NCBI GenBank assembly: GCA_032250835.1
Contig: JAVVEA010000002.1
Coordinates: 310,596 to 374,595 of the forward strand
Source: a bacterium
GTDB lineage: Bacteria; SAR324; XYD2-FULL-50-16
Reading direction: 5' to 3'
DNA: 64,000 nt
The notes beneath the pieces are model-generated. The model saw only the letters and a program-made list of their open reading frames with translations. It had not been told where the DNA came from and did not search any database. This document shows, one piece after another, positions 61,474 to 64,000 of the stretch; positions within the stretch are counted from its first letter, which is position 1, and each line of letters begins with the position of its first letter. Both the position numbers and the translations under genes were made by a program.

Positions 61474-61502
61474 AAAAAGCCCGACCTAGGTCGGGCTTTT
61501 TT
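61474..61502 (+). terminator. Rho-independent terminator of the act operon (possibly bidirectional)
   Basis: AAAAAGCCCGAC-CTAG-GTCGGGCTTTTTT. Confidence 0.88.
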
Positions 61503-61560
61503 GTTCCCTCTGTTCAAAGATTCCCCCTCTGGGTATCCTGCTAAGAAAACAGCAGGCCAA

Positions 61561-62586
61561 ATGACCCGAGATCTCCACCAGCAGAAAAATCCGCGACTAG
61601 CCATCGAAGAGACTTTGGCGTCTCAGGCCTTGGTGATCGACGTGCGTTCGCCCAAGGAATTTGAATCCGGCCATGTGCCCGGTGCGGTCAACATCCCCCT
61701 CTTAGACGACCAGGAACGCCACCTGATCGGTATCTTATACAAACAATCGGGTCCCCAAGCGGCGGTAGACCAGGGGTATCAATATTTTGAGCCCAAACAG
61801 GTTCAGCTATTGGGTCAGTTGCAAGCGCTGCCTAAAGACCGCCCCTGGGCGGTGCTTTGCGCCCGAGGTGGGATGCGCAGCCAGGTGATGGCGGGCTTTA
61901 TCCGCCACAGCGGCTTTGAAGCACGGCAGGTTACCGGCGGCTATAAGGCCTACCGTAGCTATTGCTTGGAGCGCTTCGCTCAGTTTGATTTTAGCCAGTT
62001 AGTGGTGCTACATGGGCAGACCGGTGTGGGCAAAACACTGGTGATCCACCACTTGGACAATGCCTTGGATTTAGAGGGCTACGCCAACCACCGGGGTAGT
62101 ATGTTCGGCGGGGTGGGGCTGGTTCCGCACAGTCAAAAGCAATTTGAGGGGCTTTTGGAAGCCCAACTGCGCGCCGCCGATTGGGGGCGGCCGGTTTTTG
62201 TCGAAGGAGAAAGCCGCAAGATCGGGCCGGTGTCGGTACCCTCCGAGTTATTTGCGGCCATGCAGGGGGCGCGCTGTTTGTTGCTTAAGGCACCCTTAGC
62301 CTTGCGGGCCCAGCGGATCATTGCCGAGTATATCGAACAGCAGGCCCCGCACCGCGCCCGCATCCGGGAGTTGATCAGCCGCCTGTACCCGGATTTGGGG
62401 CATGCGCGGGTCGCTGAATTGTTGCAGTGGTTCGACGCCGAAGACTTTCAACCCTGCTTTGAGGCCATTTTGGCAGAGTACTACGACCCCAAATACAACC
62501 ACAGCCTCAAACACTATTCTTTTGAAGCGGAGCTGGACGTGCTGGAGATCGAGTCGGCCTCAAAGCTATTAAATCAGTGGGGTTGA
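61561..62586 (+). CDS. mnmH: tRNA 2-selenouridine synthase
   Basis: Rhodanese domain (DVRSPKEF, CARGGMRS) plus P-loop GQTGVGKT, DLEGYANHRGS, EGES and YYDPKY motifs. Confidence 0.93.
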   Translation: MTRDLHQQKNPRLAIEETLASQALVIDVRSPKEFESGHVPGAVNIPLLDDQERHLIGILYKQSGPQAAVDQGYQYFEPKQVQLLGQLQALPKDRPWAVLCARGGMRSQVMAGFIRHSGFEARQVTGGYKAYRSYCLERFAQFDFSQLVVLHGQTGVGKTLVIHHLDNALDLEGYANHRGSMFGGVGLVPHSQKQFEGLLEAQLRAADWGRPVFVEGESRKIGPVSVPSELFAAMQGARCLLLKAPLALRAQRIIAEYIEQQAPHRARIRELISRLYPDLGHARVAELLQWFDAEDFQPCFEAILAEYYDPKYNHSLKHYSFEAELDVLEIESASKLLNQWG

Positions 62587-62587
62587 G

Positions 62588-63622
62588 TTGATTAAAGCGC
62601 TTGTTTTTTGGGGGCTTTCTTGGATTGGTCGGGCCTTTTATTGCGGTTGGAAGGCCCTTTATGTTACGGGAATAAAGAAGCCCTACCGCAGCCGTGTCCC
62701 GGTGGTCAGTATCGGCAACTTGACCGTCGGCGGGACCGGTAAGACGCCTGTGGCCGATTGGTTGGTGGGGCAGTTGGAATCTTGGGGGCACCGTCCCGCC
62801 TTACTGAGCCGTGGCTATGGCCGCGGGGCAGGGCCGCGCACCCTATTGTTGGATGCTACTAAACCCGAAGGCGGACCGGAGCTCTACGGCGATGAGCCCT
62901 GGCTCCTGCACCAACACCACCCAGACCTACTTTTAGCCATTGATTCGAAACGGGACCGGGCGGCTCAGCTGGTAGAAAATCAGGTGGATTTATTGCTTCT
63001 GGACGATGGCTTCCAGCATTGGCGTATCCACCGGGACCTGGATTTGGTCCTGATCGACGCCTTGGCCGGGTTAGGCAACGGGGCCCGCATTCCGGCAGGC
63101 CCGCTGCGTGAACCTTTGAGCGCGCTTAAAAGGGCCCATGCCTTGCTTGTCACCAAGAGCAATTGGGCCGATCCAGCACCGCTGATTGCCCGAGTCCGGC
63201 CTTATCTGGCCGAGGGGACGCCGGTCTTTGAGTTGAGCTACCGGCCTAGTGCTTGGGTGGCCTTGGACGGGGCGGCGCGTTTGGCGGTCTCGGAACTCAT
63301 CGGGCGCAAGGTCTGGGCCTTCTGTGGGATCGGCAACCCGCAAGGGTTTGTTAAGGCTTTAGAGGGGCTATCGGTAGCAATAATGGGGCTTACCGTTTTA
63401 AGAGACCATCAGGCCTATGATGCCGAACTAATGGCCGCTATTGAGGAACAGGCCGTTGATGCCGGGGCCGAGTTATTGGTCTGCACCGAAAAAGATGCCG
63501 TCAAATTAGCCGGGCTAGCCAGTCCGAACTTGGGCTATTTGGCGATGGAATTGGGCGTACCTGACCGGTTGACGGAATTCATTCGAACCGGGCTTGACAC
63601 CGCAACCTCACGAAGAACATGA
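62588..63622 (+). CDS. lpxK: Tetraacyldisaccharide 4'-kinase
   Basis: GNLTVGGTGKTP, SRGYG, GDEP, DDGFQH, GPLRE and TEKDAVK motifs. Confidence 0.95.
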   Translation: MIKALVFWGLSWIGRAFYCGWKALYVTGIKKPYRSRVPVVSIGNLTVGGTGKTPVADWLVGQLESWGHRPALLSRGYGRGAGPRTLLLDATKPEGGPELYGDEPWLLHQHHPDLLLAIDSKRDRAAQLVENQVDLLLLDDGFQHWRIHRDLDLVLIDALAGLGNGARIPAGPLREPLSALKRAHALLVTKSNWADPAPLIARVRPYLAEGTPVFELSYRPSAWVALDGAARLAVSELIGRKVWAFCGIGNPQGFVKALEGLSVAIMGLTVLRDHQAYDAELMAAIEEQAVDAGAELLVCTEKDAVKLAGLASPNLGYLAMELGVPDRLTEFIRTGLDTATSRRT

Positions 63623-64000
63623 ACCGCGAAGAACGCATCAGAGCTGCCCACCAGGGGATTTTAGAAACCTACGAAATCCATGGCGGCATCAACCACATCG
63701 ACGAAACCAATCTCCCCTCAGTCGGAGAAGTGGTGGACATCATCAAAAAGACGATGTTTTTGCTCTTTCCGGGTTTTTACAACCTAGAAAAGATCCACAA
63801 GGGAAACCTGGAGAGCTGGAGCGGTTACCTACTAGACAGCCTCTTCGAGCGCCTCTACCGCCAGATCACCAAAAGTATCTGCTTCGTGGACCGCGACTCG
63901 CCGCACAGCAAACATGTTTCGGAGGCCGAGCGGGTCACCTTAGAAATTTTAGAAAGCATCCCCAAGATCCGCAGCCTGCTCAAAAAAGATGTCAGTGCCG
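63619..64000 (+). CDS. cysE: Serine O-acetyltransferase, 5' part (runs off the window)
   Basis: MNREERI...GGINHIDETNLPS...LLFPGF...IPKIRSLLKKDVSA, the N-terminal domain of long-type CysE. Confidence 0.75.
   Translation, partial: MNREERIRAAHQGILETYEIHGGINHIDETNLPSVGEVVDIIKKTMFLLFPGFYNLEKIHKGNLESWSGYLLDSLFERLYRQITKSICFVDRDSPHSKHVSEAERVTLEILESIPKIRSLLKKDVSA

Overview
A GC-rich bacterial chromosomal segment; the gene content suggests a deltaproteobacteria-like, Gram-negative lineage, which is an inference only. Housekeeping blocks: a rearranged dcw fragment (rsmH-ftsL-ftsI-RDD-lysS class I-MBL hydrolase-mraY), pyrG, uvrA, glpD, an RNase II-family gene, coaD, rdgB, pckA, an alternative complex III operon (actABCDEF), mnmH/selU, lpxK, cysE and a tRNA-Sec gene. 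Accessory DNA is concentrated at 18.8-22.6 kb, 28.1-28.8 kb and 34.9-40.8 kb. Main observations: (1) an AT-rich, translationally coupled two-gene cassette (YejK/NA37-like nucleoid-associated protein plus a protein with 3 C-terminal TM helices) bracketed by ~400-460 bp inverted palindrome-rich elements, a candidate anti-phage module; (2) a recurring ~30-bp end motif (GCTGyR..AAATwGGTR..CTGTC.CC.GATTT) in at least 8 copies that brackets unrelated accessory genes in inverted orientation, suggesting a gene-cassette system whose mobilising enzyme is outside the window; (3) three copies of a modular hairpin repeat showing compensatory base changes; (4) two paralogous ~50-aa membrane microproteins with a shared 3' hairpin, followed by an unassigned ~184-nt structured RNA candidate; (5) a tRNA-Gly 3'-half att-like scar next to tRNA-Sec. 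All calls come from motif reading; no searches or folding programs were run.
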